A DNA stretch of 64,000 nt from NCBI GenBank assembly GCA_052055015.1, contig JBQJIT010000015.1, one strand, 5' to 3'. Made by a program: the position numbers and the translations under genes. The notes under the pieces were generated by a model. It saw only the letters and a program-made list of their open reading frames with translations, was not told the DNA's origin and ran no database searches. Position 1 is the stretch's first letter; the number at the start of each line of letters is the position of its first letter. This document shows positions 1 through 11,675 of this stretch, one piece after another. Origin of the DNA: Malassezia furfur. Taxonomy: Eukaryota.

Positions 1-2
1 TG

Positions 3-1436
3 GCGCCGGCGCCGGCGGCACCGACACGGCCGCCGCGCGCGGATCCGGGTGGTGAGCGCGAGAAAGTTCCCACTGAGCTCCATCCATTGCTCGCGAATCG
101 TGCGGCACAGATTCAGGAACGCTTCAAGGCGCTCGCGCCCAAATTTGCGGCGCTGCCCAATGCGCGGCCAGGCACGTCGGCCGCACGCACCGTGTCGCCC
201 GCACCTGCGCCTGTGCCATCTGCACCCGCAGCGTCCGCGCCCGTTCCTGCCGCGAACCCGTATCTCTCCGCGGAACCCGCTGAAGATGCAGCAGGGCCCA
301 AACGGCGCAGCATGCACCGCTCGCTTCAGTTCCGCCGCCCTGGGCGCTACGTAATGCAGGCCGAGCAGATACGTCGTGAGGAGCAGATGAACGCGCTGAA
401 AGAGCGCATCCAGGAGCGCGCACGCAAGGCGGGGCTCCAGGATGAGCTCGTGGGCGACGAACGTGCATTGCGCCGCCCACCGCCGCCCGACGTCGAGTGG
501 TGGGATGCGCCACTGCTGCCGAGCAAGAGCTATACCGATGTGCCCGACGCCGCCGGCTCCCCACCGGCGCCTGACACGCTCCCGCACCTTGCCGGCCCCG
601 ATGGCCCCCTTGACCACCTCGTGCAGCACCCGATTCCGATCCCGGCGCCCACGGGGCTGCTGCGGGTGCAGCCCAAAGGGGTGATGCTCACCAAGCAAGA
701 GATGAAAAAGATGCGCAAGCAGCGCCGCGCTGCCGAGCAGCAGGACAAGCGTGACCGCATCAAGATGGGCCTGCTGCCGCCCGACCCGCCCAAGGTGAAG
801 CTGTCGAACCTGATGCGCGTTCTCTCTTCCGAGGCGATTGCCGACCCCACCAAGGTCGAGGCGCGCGTCCGCCGCGAGGTTGCGGCGCGGCGCGAGCAGC
901 ACGAGCGCACCAATGCGGAGCGCATGCTCACGGACGAGCAGCGGCAGCAGCGGCGCATGTACAAGACCAAGGTTGAAGAGGATAAAGGCATCTGGTGCCA
1001 GGTGTACCGTATCCGCTACCTCGTCAGCCCGTCGCACAAGTTCAAGGTGCGCAAGAATGCACAGCAACACCACCTTGGTGGTATAGTGATCACGCACCCC
1101 GACCTTGCGCTCGTTGTCGTCGAGGGCTCCGCCAAGGCACTCAAGGCGTACAAGCGCCTAATGCTCGTGCGCATCGACTGGACTGACCCGGGACGCCCGC
1201 GCGAGGGCACGCCGGACGACGAAGCACCGCCGCCGCCGCAGGACGACGTGGACTATGCGTCGAACTCGTGCGAGTTGGTGTTTGAGGGCCCTGTGCGTGA
1301 GCGCACCTTCCCAGGGGGCGTTGTGCGCACCGAAGCCTGCCCGACAGACTTCAAGGTCAAGGAGCTCCTTGGACCCAACCTTGCGGGCTACTGGGAGGTG
1401 GCCAAACGCTCGCTCACTGCGACGCAACTCGACTAG
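3..1436 (+). CDS. PRP3: U4/U6 snRNP protein Prp3 (5' partial; frame open to window edge)
   Basis: VEWWD, HPIPIP, KMGLLPPDPPKVKLSNLMRVL..DPTKVE and the C-terminal VVVEG..YKRLML.RIDW motif are characteristic of Prp3. The frame has no stop upstream of 87. Confidence 0.95.
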   Translation, partial: APAPAAPTRPPRADPGGEREKVPTELHPLLANRAAQIQERFKALAPKFAALPNARPGTSAARTVSPAPAPVPSAPAASAPVPAANPYLSAEPAEDAAGPKRRSMHRSLQFRRPGRYVMQAEQIRREEQMNALKERIQERARKAGLQDELVGDERALRRPPPPDVEWWDAPLLPSKSYTDVPDAAGSPPAPDTLPHLAGPDGPLDHLVQHPIPIPAPTGLLRVQPKGVMLTKQEMKKMRKQRRAAEQQDKRDRIKMGLLPPDPPKVKLSNLMRVLSSEAIADPTKVEARVRREVAARREQHERTNAERMLTDEQRQQRRMYKTKVEEDKGIWCQVYRIRYLVSPSHKFKVRKNAQQHHLGGIVITHPDLALVVVEGSAKALKAYKRLMLVRIDWTDPGRPREGTPDDEAPPPPQDDVDYASNSCELVFEGPVRERTFPGGVVRTEACPTDFKVKELLGPNLAGYWEVAKRSLTATQLD

Positions 1437-1458
1437 TTTGCCTACGTAGGAAGGTATC

Positions 1459-3063
1459 TTAGGCAAACAGGCGGAAACCGTCCGCCACGGGCAGCGCCTC
1501 GGGTGCCTCGGGCGCCGCCTCGTCCGCCTCGGCGTCAGGACGCGCGCCGGCGAGGCGCGCAAACAGCCGCTCCGCCTGGTCGTCGCTCCACGTGACGCGG
1601 GGGATGGGCGGCATAAAGTTTTGCACCTTGTCTAGGACTTGGTACCGGATGCGCCGCCCCTTGCTTGCACGCACATCGACGGCGCGCTTGCGCTTCTTCG
1701 CGTGTAGTGCATCACTGGCAAATGCCGACGTGCCTGCCTGCACCAGCCCGGCATTATCCACCAGGTCACGCAGCAGCTGGGCGTAAAAGTCGCTGTCGTC
1801 AAACACGTCGGCGTCCTGCGCCGAACGTGCATCGGCAGTTTCAGTTGTCGCACCCCCCACACGGTCCACGTCGGTCGCACGCCAAACACGCGTACGCTCC
1901 ACGAGACGCGCAAGACCGTCGCCGGACAGCGCCTGGTCCATCTGCTCCACCACGCCCTGGTTCATCGCACGCAGCTGAAGCTTGGCACCAGGCGCATTGC
2001 GCGAGTCAGGTGCGGCCGCGATCTTGTTTGACCAGCGGCTCAGCAGCATGCGCCGATGCGGCTCAATAGCCGCTTCCAAGTCGCGCACTGCCTTGGACGC
2101 ACTTGCCTCGGTGTTGACGCGTGCGGCGAGCACGTCGCGCAGTGCCGGCAAATTCTGCTCCCAGAGTCGCATGCGGATCGACAACAGTGTACTGGCCATG
2201 TCTTCAAGATCGACCGCCGCAGCGTCAAGCGCTGCTCGTGCTTCGGGCGCTGTATCGAGGCACGCCGCGACGTCGTGGCTGAGCGGCAGACGGCCGACTT
2301 GGGTATTGGTTTTCTGCATCGCGATGCGCGTGCGGAGCGCCTGCTCCCACGCGCGGACCTGTTTCTGGACGTCACGGCCCTTGCGCATGTCTTGGGCCTG
2401 CCGTGTCTGCAGCTGCGCCAGCAGATCGCTGCTGCCACCGCCGGACGCTGCATCGGACACGTCAGCACGCCGCTTGGTACCGCGCGGGGCCGCATCAAGT
2501 GTGCCGCTGAATGCGTCGCTTTCGCTCGCATCCGTGCCGTCGCTGTCGCTTTCGTCGAGCACCTCTTCGTCGTCGCTTTCGGACGACACCTGTCCGTCGT
2601 CGCCATCGTCGTCGTCAAACTCTTCGACTTCGGAGACGTCGTTACCATCGTCGTGGTCAATATGCTCCGGTGCATCGTACGCGTCGCTCTCGTCGCTCTC
2701 GTCGCTCTTCTCGTCTTCCTCGTCATCCAGATCCTCCATAGCTTCATCCTCGTCTTCGTCCTCGTCCGAGACTTCCTCCTCGTCATCGTCACCGAACATC
2801 TCAGCGCGCGAGGTCTTCACCCCGCTGTATCTTCCGCGGTCCAGGGCATCTGAGTCCGTGAGCCGCGCCTTGCGCAGCTTGCTGGCCCCGACGTCGACAT
2901 AGTGGCGCCGCGCGGCCTGCTCAGGCATCTCGTTGTCCGACCCCGACGCGTCTGACGCTGCATCGTTTCCATCCTCATATGCCTGTTCGGGATCGATCGC
3001 TGCGTTAGGTGCGCACGTACTTTCTGGCGCCACGCGCAGCAAGGCGTCCACGTCGAGCGCCAT
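1459..3063 (-). CDS. BFR2: AATF/Bfr2 SSU processome protein
   Basis: Acidic N-terminus, FDDSDFYAQLLRDL and DVRASKGRRIRY...NFMPP (TRAUB domain). Confidence 0.93.
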   Translation of the reverse strand: MALDVDALLRVAPESTCAPNAAIDPEQAYEDGNDAASDASGSDNEMPEQAARRHYVDVGASKLRKARLTDSDALDRGRYSGVKTSRAEMFGDDDEEEVSDEDEDEDEAMEDLDDEEDEKSDESDESDAYDAPEHIDHDDGNDVSEVEEFDDDDGDDGQVSSESDDEEVLDESDSDGTDASESDAFSGTLDAAPRGTKRRADVSDAASGGGSSDLLAQLQTRQAQDMRKGRDVQKQVRAWEQALRTRIAMQKTNTQVGRLPLSHDVAACLDTAPEARAALDAAAVDLEDMASTLLSIRMRLWEQNLPALRDVLAARVNTEASASKAVRDLEAAIEPHRRMLLSRWSNKIAAAPDSRNAPGAKLQLRAMNQGVVEQMDQALSGDGLARLVERTRVWRATDVDRVGGATTETADARSAQDADVFDDSDFYAQLLRDLVDNAGLVQAGTSAFASDALHAKKRKRAVDVRASKGRRIRYQVLDKVQNFMPPIPRVTWSDDQAERLFARLAGARPDAEADEAAPEAPEALPVADGFRLFA

Positions 3064-3236
3064 GGCCGCAAAAAATGTGGACGTCGGAAATGCTTACCTA
3101 ACTCGGCCAGGTGGAAATAGCGCGTGTTCGTGTCGGACTTCGGACCTGCTAGGTCGCGGTTCAGCGACGGAGCGCCGATCAGGCCGAGCATCAGAGGAAT
3201 CGACGACCCCGTCTCTGACGCTGTCAACGGTGTGCG

Positions 3237-4484
3237 ATGGGAAGCTCGGATCCGCCGTGCGCCCCGGAACATACCTCCCACGACTCATCGCCCTCCAGTG
3301 AGGGTATGGGATCTTCGACAGGTGCTCCGTACGACGGGCCCGTGTACCGACCGACCCCTCTCACCGAATCGGTCGTGCTCAAGACGATGGGATCGGAACC
3401 ACCCGCGGCGCCAACCGAGGCAAGACCCGGGAAAGATACGTCGGCGCCACTGCAAGTGCGCTGCTACGGGCGGACACGCGTGCCGACCCCGCACGGCGAG
3501 GTGTTCCTGCATCTGTACCGGAATAACCACGACGACAAGGAACACCTTGCGCTTGTCATTGATCCAGCGCAGAACCAGCCATGGATACAAAAGCGGCAAG
3601 ATGAAGGGATCATGGGTAAGCCACGGCACCTGCGGTCACGGACGCTCGATGCTACATGGCACCCCAATGAGACAGCTACCGAGCGGCTGATCCGCGGCGC
3701 CTACGTCCACCGACTGGGGCCGGCGTGCCAGGAACCGTCGGAGCCAAGCGCGGCCGAGAGTGCCGACCTGGATCTCAACCAGGCATCGTTTGCAAATCCG
3801 CTCGTGCGCATCCACTCGGAATGCTACACGGGCGAGACGATCGGATCCAAGCGTTGCGACTGCGGCGAGCAGCTCGACGAGGCAATTCGACTGATCAGCA
3901 ACTCCACCACCAGGGACCGGCAAGGGCGCAGTGTGCCGCCACGGGGTGTGGTGGTGTACATGCGCCAGGAGGGCCGGGGCATCGGCCTGCTGGACAAGCT
4001 GTTTGCCTACAACCTGCAGGACATGGGCCACGATACGGTCACGGCCAACGTCATGCTGGGGCATCTGCCGGACGCGCGCAAGTACGACATCTCGAGCGCG
4101 ATCCTTAAAGATCTCGGGATCAATGCGTGTCGCCTGCTCACCAACAACCCCGAAAAAATGCAGGCGCTCGCGCGCGAGGGCATACACGTCTCGGAGCGCG
4201 TGCCGGTCGTCCCGAGCGTGTGGAAGGAGCCGGGTCCTACGGCGCGGCGTCTGCAGGACGCGTGCGCGAACAGCACCATCTCGGTGCGGGGCGACGACAC
4301 GCCGCGCACCGACCCCGACCAGGTCGACGACCACGACTGGGAGTCGGAGATTGAGCAGCCTGACAGTTTGACCTCGGGCCTGACACACAGCACCGACTTG
4401 GAACGCTACCTACGCACCAAGGTCGAAAAAATGGGCCACCTCCTCGTGGTCCCGAGCGCAAGCGATTCCGTACAGAGCTTGTAG
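3237..4484 (+). CDS. RIB1: GTP cyclohydrolase II
   Basis: [12 protein letters not shown]...[36 protein letters not shown]. Confidence 0.96.
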   Translation: MGSSDPPCAPEHTSHDSSPSSEGMGSSTGAPYDGPVYRPTPLTESVVLKTMGSEPPAAPTEARPGKDTSAPLQVRCYGRTRVPTPHGEVFLHLYRNNHDDKEHLALVIDPAQNQPWIQKRQDEGIMGKPRHLRSRTLDATWHPNETATERLIRGAYVHRLGPACQEPSEPSAAESADLDLNQASFANPLVRIHSECYTGETIGSKRCDCGEQLDEAIRLISNSTTRDRQGRSVPPRGVVVYMRQEGRGIGLLDKLFAYNLQDMGHDTVTANVMLGHLPDARKYDISSAILKDLGINACRLLTNNPEKMQALAREGIHVSERVPVVPSVWKEPGPTARRLQDACANSTISVRGDDTPRTDPDQVDDHDWESEIEQPDSLTSGLTHSTDLERYLRTKVEKMGHLLVVPSASDSVQSL

Positions 4485-4487
4485 GCA

Positions 4488-6706
4488 CTAGCTCGCTTGG
4501 TAGGCGAGCCATGCATAATTCCCTATCTCGTGCCCCAGCATGCCGTAGCCGAGCAAGACCTCCATTTTGTGCGAATGCCACCCCACGGTGCCGGGCACCG
4601 AGCCGTCCTGGCGCGCAAGCTGCTCCAGCTCCACGCGCCGCGGATGTTCCGGCGGGAGGTCGCGCACGACCTGCGGCGCGACCGGCACATCCTTCCAACT
4701 CGCCTCTTCGCTTCGCTCGCGGGGCGCGGAGAGCGACAGCGAGCGCGAGCGCATCGTCGGCGCCGGTGGCACACTGCCGGCTCCCCGCATAGGTGACTCG
4801 AGCGGGCGCCGGTTCATCCCGCTCGCGCGGCTCCGCGAGCTGGACCGGTTCAGCCACACGGGCCCCGTACGGCCACGCGTCTCTTCGGTGCGCAGCGCGC
4901 TCGCGTTGCGCGGCTCCTCGGTAAGCAGCGAGCGCGTGGGCGCAGGCGCCGCGCCTCGCCTGACTGCGCCGGCCGACCGCGGTCCTGCACCGGCGGCTCT
5001 GACTCGATGTCCGTCGCACACGGCTTGGGGCCCGCCGCGGTGTCGACCACCCAGCCGCGGCGCCCAGAGCCCCAGACCACCTTCCAGGTGCTGAGCCCGC
5101 CGCGCACCGTGTTTAGCGCGCCGACACTCAGCTCCACGACGCGCAGATTTGTGGGCGCGTGCCAGTCGTCGTCATCGTCCGCGGCGTCGTCCTGTTTCAG
5201 CCCGAGTTTTCGCAGCTGTTGCGCGATCGCTAGCGCCTGGGGTCGCTGTGTACACGGCGCGAGTAGATCGTGGTACAAGCTGACCGCGTGCAAAAAGCCC
5301 GACGGCGAGTGCGCGCCGCAGCTGTGCGATAAGTCGAGCACCTGCACGTTGGGTGCACGGTGCAGCAGCAGGCTTGCCACACCGTCGAGCGTGATACTGG
5401 GGATCGAACCGAGCCCAAGATCGAGAAGCGCCGGCTGCCCGTGGAAGAGCTTGAGCTCGTCGTCGGTCAGTGGGCACCCACCAAGGTCCAGGTAGCGCAT
5501 CGCGCCACTCCGCATGCACGGCGCGCGTTGGATGACCGTGCGCATGTCGTCGGGCGACAGCGGCGTGGGGAACAGCAACGTGCCCTGAAGCGCCAGCTCG
5601 ATCAGGTCCTCTGTGCACGGCGAAAAAAGCAAATCCACAATGCTCTGCGACGTCAGCGCACGGCACCGTGACAGCGACAGGCTCTCGAGGCGCACGTGCG
5701 AGTCGGCGAGCGCCTCGAGCAGACTGGCATCCGCCTTGGTCTGTGACAAATCGAGGTGCGTCAGGTTTGGGAACGCCAAGACAAACGACGACAGCACGTC
5801 GCGCGCCAGCGTCACGCCTGCAAGCCCAAGGCGCTGCAGCGACGGAAAGCTACGCCCATGCGCGCGCACCGCCACGCGCGGCGCCAGTCGTCCGCCCGGC
5901 GTGTCGTCCTGCGTGCGTACACTCGACCGCCCGCGGCCCCGCCTCTCATCGTCTTCCTCGTCTTCCGCTTCGTCCATCTCCTCGTCCTCTTCGGCAAGGT
6001 CGTAGATCGGACGCCGCGCGCGGTCGAGGCGCGGCAAGTGCTTGTCGACAAACTGGTACATCGCCTCGACGAACCGTGGCGACACACAGCCACACAGGTC
6101 GAGACTCTGCAGTGCGTTTTGGGTATCCTTGTTCCGGCCACGCTCAATACTCACGCCCCGCATGCGGCCAGGCAAGCTGCGCGCGCCCCCACGGAGCAAC
6201 AGCGACTCGAGAACCTCCAACGACAACGCACTGTCCATCGTCGCGCTCGAGCCAAACGCGACCAAGCCGGTCGCCGCATCAACCATCGCCTGCAGACGCC
6301 ATGGGGTCACAAAGCGTCGCTCCTTGCTCTCACCGACGGTTCGGCGTAGCCCCATTGCGCGAAACGTTGCAAAGTCAAGCATACGGATCGCCGAGAGCGC
6401 ATTCGTAGAGCTCGTGCGTTCTGCCTCGTCCAACAGTAGCATGAAGCGGTACGGCAGTGTAATCTGAACGCGACGGAAAAGCAGCGGTTGCGAGTACTTG
6501 AGAAAGGTCTTGTTGACGAGGCACAGCGAGTACAGGTCACGTCGCGTCTCATCGACCGAGACCGACACCATCTGCCCGTCATACGCAGCGGACGGCACGC
6601 CCTCAGGGTCCAGCATACGAAGCGTGCATAGCGGAACACAGTTTAGGTATATAATCTCACAGAGCCGCTGCACGATCTCTGCGGGGAGCGGCGTCCCTGG
6701 CGGCAT
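4488..6706 (-). CDS. F-box-like/leucine-rich-repeat (RNI-like) protein, split by a frameshift near 4940-4990
   Basis: N-terminal LPAEIV and repeated LxxLDLS/LxxLxL motifs in ORF 4850..6706. A plausible conserved C-terminus (GWHSHKMEVLLGYGMLG) lies in overlapping ORF 4488..5021 in another frame. Confidence 0.65.
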
Positions 6707-6792
6707 GGTATGTGCGGGTCAGCGGTGTGGGGGAGTCTAAATCAGGCTCCCCCTAATGCCGCCGACCCGATCATCGGGCCTTCGTCTTCGGC

Positions 6793-7717
6793 ATGGCGCA
6801 ACGCTGGCGTCCAGGGATGGCCGAGCGCACGGTGCTCACGCTGCTTCTGTTTGCTCTGCATACCGTGTATGCCGTGTACCGCCTATTTCGGGACATGGTG
6901 CTCGCATTGCCATTGCTTATGGGGCACGACGATGATACCCTGGTTCTGCGCCGAGCCGCGTCCCTGAAAATTCCGGCCCACCTCGCGGTGGTATTCCCGC
7001 TGCCGGCGCACCCCTTGTCAAGCTACGGTGCGACATGGACCTTGTTCTGCGAGAATAGAGCACAACGCAAAACCAGCGACGCACTCTACGACATTTTCCG
7101 ACTCGCGGTATGGTGCGCCTTGCTGGACACTGCCGAATTGTCGGTGTACGACCCGGTCGGTCGCCTGTGTGCCGCCTTCACATCGTTTACACGGCATCCG
7201 GAGACGCTACCAGATACGGTGGGAAATTTGCCGTATGGCTCGTGCGTGGGCGTCACCGTGCATGTGGCCGGTGCGCAAGGTGCCGGGCCATTCTCGCTCT
7301 ATGTACCAATCGCCGACGCGTTGCTCGTCGAGTACCGTGCCCGGTCCAAAGTGGAGCGCCCGCACATCCGTCTCAACGTCTTGTGTGCGTACGATGACAA
7401 GCCACGCATCGTGCAGGCCATGTCCAAGACACGACCGGCGTCGCTCACACCAACGGCTTTCCACGACGCGCTGTTGGCACAGGGCGTCATGACATGCGAC
7501 CCCGACGTGGTCGTCGTGTGTGGGGGGGCATCGCAGCCTTTGGCGTTGCATGGCTTCCCCAGCTGGGCTGTCCGCCTCGCCGACTTGCGGTAGGTTTTTT
7601 TTTTTTTTTTGACACAGCACACTGCCCTACCATGCTTGGCTCGGACGTTGGACCGTGCCCCAGTTCCTCGATACCCTGAAGCACTATGCACGCTCGGAGC
7701 AGCGGTTCGGTGCGTAG
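6793..7717 (+). CDS. NUS1: Dehydrodolichyl diphosphate synthase subunit Nus1/NgBR; intron 7590-7617
   Basis: IPAHLAVV, LSVYD, DPDVV..LHGFPSW. Splicing the 28-nt intron restores the conserved C-terminal ...EQRFGA* (RxG motif). Confidence 0.85.
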
Positions 7718-7748
7718 CTTCTCTATAGACACACCTTCCATAGCACCC

Positions 7749-9104
7749 TCACGCTGCGGGTGCCGGCTCGGCGCGCGCCGGGCCATTAACAGCCGGTGCG
7801 TGGCCCAGGCCGGTGAGGCCGACGGGCAGCATAATCGGCAAGAGGTCCGCGTTGCGGTCGAACAGGTGGTTGTGGCCACCCTCTTCCAGGCGGATGTAGG
7901 TCATCACGGTGTTGCGCGGCAGAACCGCACGCGCACCAGGCAGCAGTCCCTTTTTCTCGGGTAGCGGCGCGCCACGGTGCATCACAGCCTGCACGTACCC
8001 GACGTCGGGCACGTTCGACGACCACACGTGGTACGTCGACTGCCTGTCAAGCGCCTCAAACTGCTTTTCAACGCCCTCGTACAGCTCTTCGCCGTGGCGC
8101 ACAGGAATCACCTCGTCGTTCTCGGCGTGCATCAGCACGACAGTCGGCGGCACCATCGCATCGGGCTGCAGGTGACCATCAACAATCTCCGCCAACGCTG
8201 ACTGCGTGTCAAACGAGTAGTGCAGAAGCTTCTCGATGATCTGCTCGCGGAAGGGGAAGTATTCCAGCCAGCCCAGCAATGGAACGAGTCCGCCCATACG
8301 GAATTCAATGACCATCGGTCGGATCGCCTTGAACGCGGCCAGAAGCACCAGCGCATCGAGCGGCACCTTGTCGCGGTACATGCGCAGAGCACACTGTGTC
8401 GCGACACCCGTGCCCAAGCTCTGTCCCATGAGCGCTAGCGCGGGACGCTTGCCCGACTTGGGATCGAGAGACTTTTCGCGCACATACTGCACCGCCGCGT
8501 ACGCGTCGTTTACAACACCTTCCTCGGTCGGGAAGCTCTCCGAGTCGCCAAAGCCACGGTAGTCGATCGCAATCACATTGGCATTCTGCACCTTGGACAG
8601 CAGTTGGTAGGTGCGCACACGGAATTTCGCGGCACGGTTCAGCGCGTTGCCATGCAGGTACACAAAAGTTGGGTACTCGCGCAACGCACGCTCGTAGACC
8701 TCCTCGGGCAGCTCAGGGTTCTCTTCGTCGACCTGGCCCGCCATCTGATGGTACACCGAGTCGGGCAAGTGGTGCCAAACGCCGATCTTCACACCATCGT
8801 CTGTCGTAATCTGCAGGTTGCGCGCCTGGGCCGCTGCGTAAGTAGGTCACGTACGCTCGAGACCATGATAGTGCGGCTCCGCATAGCGTGGCTGGGTCAG
8901 CATTGACGACGTACCCAAAAAGGATAAGCAATCTTGTGCAGAAAGAGGTAGCTGGATGAGTCGTGCGCACGTACTGCCGCTGGAACTCGGGGATCCCCAG
9001 CACAAACATGAACGCTATGCACGCGCCGCCCGCGGCGAGCGCCTGTGTAAGCCGTGCACGCGTACGTAGAGGTTCATCCGTGCGAGCGTCGACCAGTTGA
9101 CCAT
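7749..9104 (-). CDS. ABHD12/Bem46-like membrane alpha/beta hydrolase; introns 9043-9065, 8952-8974, 8892-8914, 8834-8854
   Basis: YLHGNA, IDYRGFGDS, GQSLG nucleophile motif, HAENDEVIP. Four GTACG..CAG introns (23, 23, 23, 21 nt) join ATG 9104 in frame to the main ORF and give an N-terminal TM segment. Confidence 0.85.
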
Positions 9105-9133
9105 GCTGCGGACGACAGTAGGCTACCACGTGG

Positions 9134-10483
9134 CTATCGAATCTCCAGCCGAAATTCGCGCCGGAGGCGGTCGAGCACGGCAGCGTGGAGCTCATTCACG
9201 TGCTCGTTCTCAAGGTTGCGGTCCATGCTTCGGTAGTTCACGCGGTAGCAGCGACTCTCGCGCTTGGTCTTAGGGTGCACGAACTGGTCGATGCATGCCA
9301 CGTCCTCCACGAGGTCGCCGGCGCAGTCGCGCACCGTCTCAAAAAGGTCGTTCTCATGGAAGGTGCCCGGGAGCCAGAACGAGATGTCCTTGTAGCACGG
9401 CGGGTATTTTGAGTATGGCTTGAACGTCGTGAGCGGCAGCGTACCATCAGCGGGCCGCCCAAACTGACTCAAAAACCGCTTGTCCTCCGACCAAAACAGG
9501 CGAATGTCGGGGATCGAGAACAGCACCATGGCAATCCTCTCAAGCCCCAGACCAAACGCCCAGCCCACCTTATCCGCGAGACCCGCCTGGTTCAAAATTG
9601 GTTGCTGCACGACACCGCACCCAAGAATCTCAAGCCACTTGCCGCGGAACCACACCTCAACCTCGAAACTCGGCGACGTGAACGGGAAAAAAGCAGGGAT
9701 CCAGCGCACCTTGAGCGGCTCTCCCCCCTCGGACTCGACCGCCCACCGCGGCTGAAATAGGCCATACACCAGGGTATTTAGCGTAGCTTTCAGGTGCCGC
9801 ACGGTGAGTTCCGCCGCGCGCGGCGACTGCGCCAGGTGCTGCGCCTGCCATCCGCCCGCTTCGTCGAGCGACACATCGTCGGCAATTTCCATCTGCGCCT
9901 GCGCAAGCTGCGCCTCCATCGCCTCACACTCCTTCTCGACAGAGCCACCTGGGGCAAACGCCGCCTCGTCCCAAACACTAGCGCCCTCCATCTGGTGGAA
10001 GACGGGATAGTGGGAGGAATCGATCTCATCGCGCCGGAACACGTCCGCGGTGAGCAGCCACCGGAGGTGGTTTGCGCGGAACGTTTCCATTTGGTGCGCC
10101 GATGTGTGCGTACGCAGACATGTTCCGCGGTTCACAAAGTAGGTGTCCGACGGACGACGGCCGGGGTGATCTTCGGGGAAACCCAGCTCGTCAAAGTTAA
10201 GGCGCGTCGAAACAACAGGCGAAGGTGCGCGGATCGATTCATACTTGGGCCCAAGGATGCGTTCAATCTCTGTGCGTAGCAAGTTGAGCGGCTGGCCGTC
10301 GAGGTAAGGAAGCTGCGGCGCAGGATGCACCCGGCGCAGGATGGACGCCGGAATGTTGGTATAGTCATCGGTAGGATGCTCGACGCCATTCAGGGTCAGG
10401 GGCGCACGCTGGGCGCTGGATGCGGACACGTGCAAGGTGCGCACCGCGAGGCGCTGCACGGCGCACGCCGGGCGAAGCCACAT
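9134..10483 (-). CDS. MSF1: Mitochondrial phenylalanyl-tRNA synthetase
   Basis: Presequence-like N-terminus, LRTHTSAHQ, FRRDEIDSSHYPVFHQMEG, GWAFGLGLERIAM, and a C-terminal FDX-ACB domain. Confidence 0.97.
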   Translation of the reverse strand: MWLRPACAVQRLAVRTLHVSASSAQRAPLTLNGVEHPTDDYTNIPASILRRVHPAPQLPYLDGQPLNLLRTEIERILGPKYESIRAPSPVVSTRLNFDELGFPEDHPGRRPSDTYFVNRGTCLRTHTSAHQMETFRANHLRWLLTADVFRRDEIDSSHYPVFHQMEGASVWDEAAFAPGGSVEKECEAMEAQLAQAQMEIADDVSLDEAGGWQAQHLAQSPRAAELTVRHLKATLNTLVYGLFQPRWAVESEGGEPLKVRWIPAFFPFTSPSFEVEVWFRGKWLEILGCGVVQQPILNQAGLADKVGWAFGLGLERIAMVLFSIPDIRLFWSEDKRFLSQFGRPADGTLPLTTFKPYSKYPPCYKDISFWLPGTFHENDLFETVRDCAGDLVEDVACIDQFVHPKTKRESRCYRVNYRSMDRNLENEHVNELHAAVLDRLRREFRLEIR

Positions 10484-10536
10484 TCGGATGGAGGTGTGGA
10501 GTCAGTCGGTACCACGATTGTGGAGGGGTCGGTGCC

Positions 10537-11637
10537 ATGGCGGACGAGCCATACAGCGTGACCAGTGCGGCGACCGTGGACCCCGTGGACCATGCCGAGA
10601 CGGACATGGATGTACTCACACGCAAGATTGAGGACCGTGTCACGAACCTCGTTGGTGGCTTCTCGTCGTGGTGGAGCAACGTGAACCAGCAATCGCAGTC
10701 GGCGTTCCAAGCGGCACGCACGCAGATCGAGAAGCAGGGTGGCCTTGTGGCGACCGCCAAGCAGAGCTTCGCGCGGCTCGAAGAGTCAATGGAGCAGGCG
10801 AGCCAGGAGGCGCGCGCCAAAAGCCGCGAGGGGGTACAGCCCACCGAGCTTGGCGAGCCGTATGAGCTGGCGGACGATGCCGAGACGGAGCGTCCGGAGT
10901 CCATGTCGAGCGTTGACAAGGGCAAGCAACCCGCGGAACGTGTGCCAAAGGGCAAGCAGCCCGTGGGACGTATCCCAGCAGAGCCGCCGTCGCTTGCGGG
11001 ACTCGGCACGAGTGCGTGGACCTCGCTACAGCGCCTGGCGCATCTCCCGCAGGTCGCCAAAATCCAAGAGCAGATCTCTCATGCAATGCAGTCGAGCACC
11101 GAGGGCGAGTCGGGCCAGTCGCTTCAGCGTGTGCTCCACGACGCCGAGGCGCTCGTTACGCGGTATGTGCACGATGGTGAAGTGTTTGCGCGCGATGTGG
11201 GCAAAGATTTGCGCGGGCTTCTCGACGATGTGGTTAAGATTGTGCCGCCCGAAGAGGCCGAGCGCATTGCAGAAGACAAGCCCCAGCCCGTTGTGGATGT
11301 GCCCACCGATGCACCTGCCGCTGCCACGAACACGGCCGATGACAAGGTGTATCATACACTTGACGACGCCGACGACTTCCGCTGGGACGACGACGAGGAT
11401 GACGGCGGTGTAGCAATGGACCAGTTCTCGTCCCTACCTCACACCACTCCTACCCATACTACGACCTCTTCCGCCGAGACACCGGTCAGCGAAGGCGATG
11501 CACGGACCAGCGGCCATGGACACAGCGAGAATGCCGTGGCCTCTGGCTCTGTTCTCCCTTCACGTACCGAGACCAGCACCGCGGCCCCGAGTGTGAGCGG
11601 CGCTGGGGCGAACGACTCCGACTCGGACTGGGATTAG
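10537..11637 (+). CDS. Acidic conserved hypothetical protein, resembling fungal Dos2/BSD-family proteins
   Basis: Long ORF with a good ATG context (gccATGg). GFSSWW helix, DDFRWDDDED and terminal DSDWD resemble Dos2-like proteins. No clear BSD core is seen. Confidence 0.55.
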   Translation: MADEPYSVTSAATVDPVDHAETDMDVLTRKIEDRVTNLVGGFSSWWSNVNQQSQSAFQAARTQIEKQGGLVATAKQSFARLEESMEQASQEARAKSREGVQPTELGEPYELADDAETERPESMSSVDKGKQPAERVPKGKQPVGRIPAEPPSLAGLGTSAWTSLQRLAHLPQVAKIQEQISHAMQSSTEGESGQSLQRVLHDAEALVTRYVHDGEVFARDVGKDLRGLLDDVVKIVPPEEAERIAEDKPQPVVDVPTDAPAAATNTADDKVYHTLDDADDFRWDDDEDDGGVAMDQFSSLPHTTPTHTTTSSAETPVSEGDARTSGHGHSENAVASGSVLPSRTETSTAAPSVSGAGANDSDSDWD

Positions 11638-11675
11638 TAGCACTAAGTATTTCTCCACATAACGAACGGGCCAGC

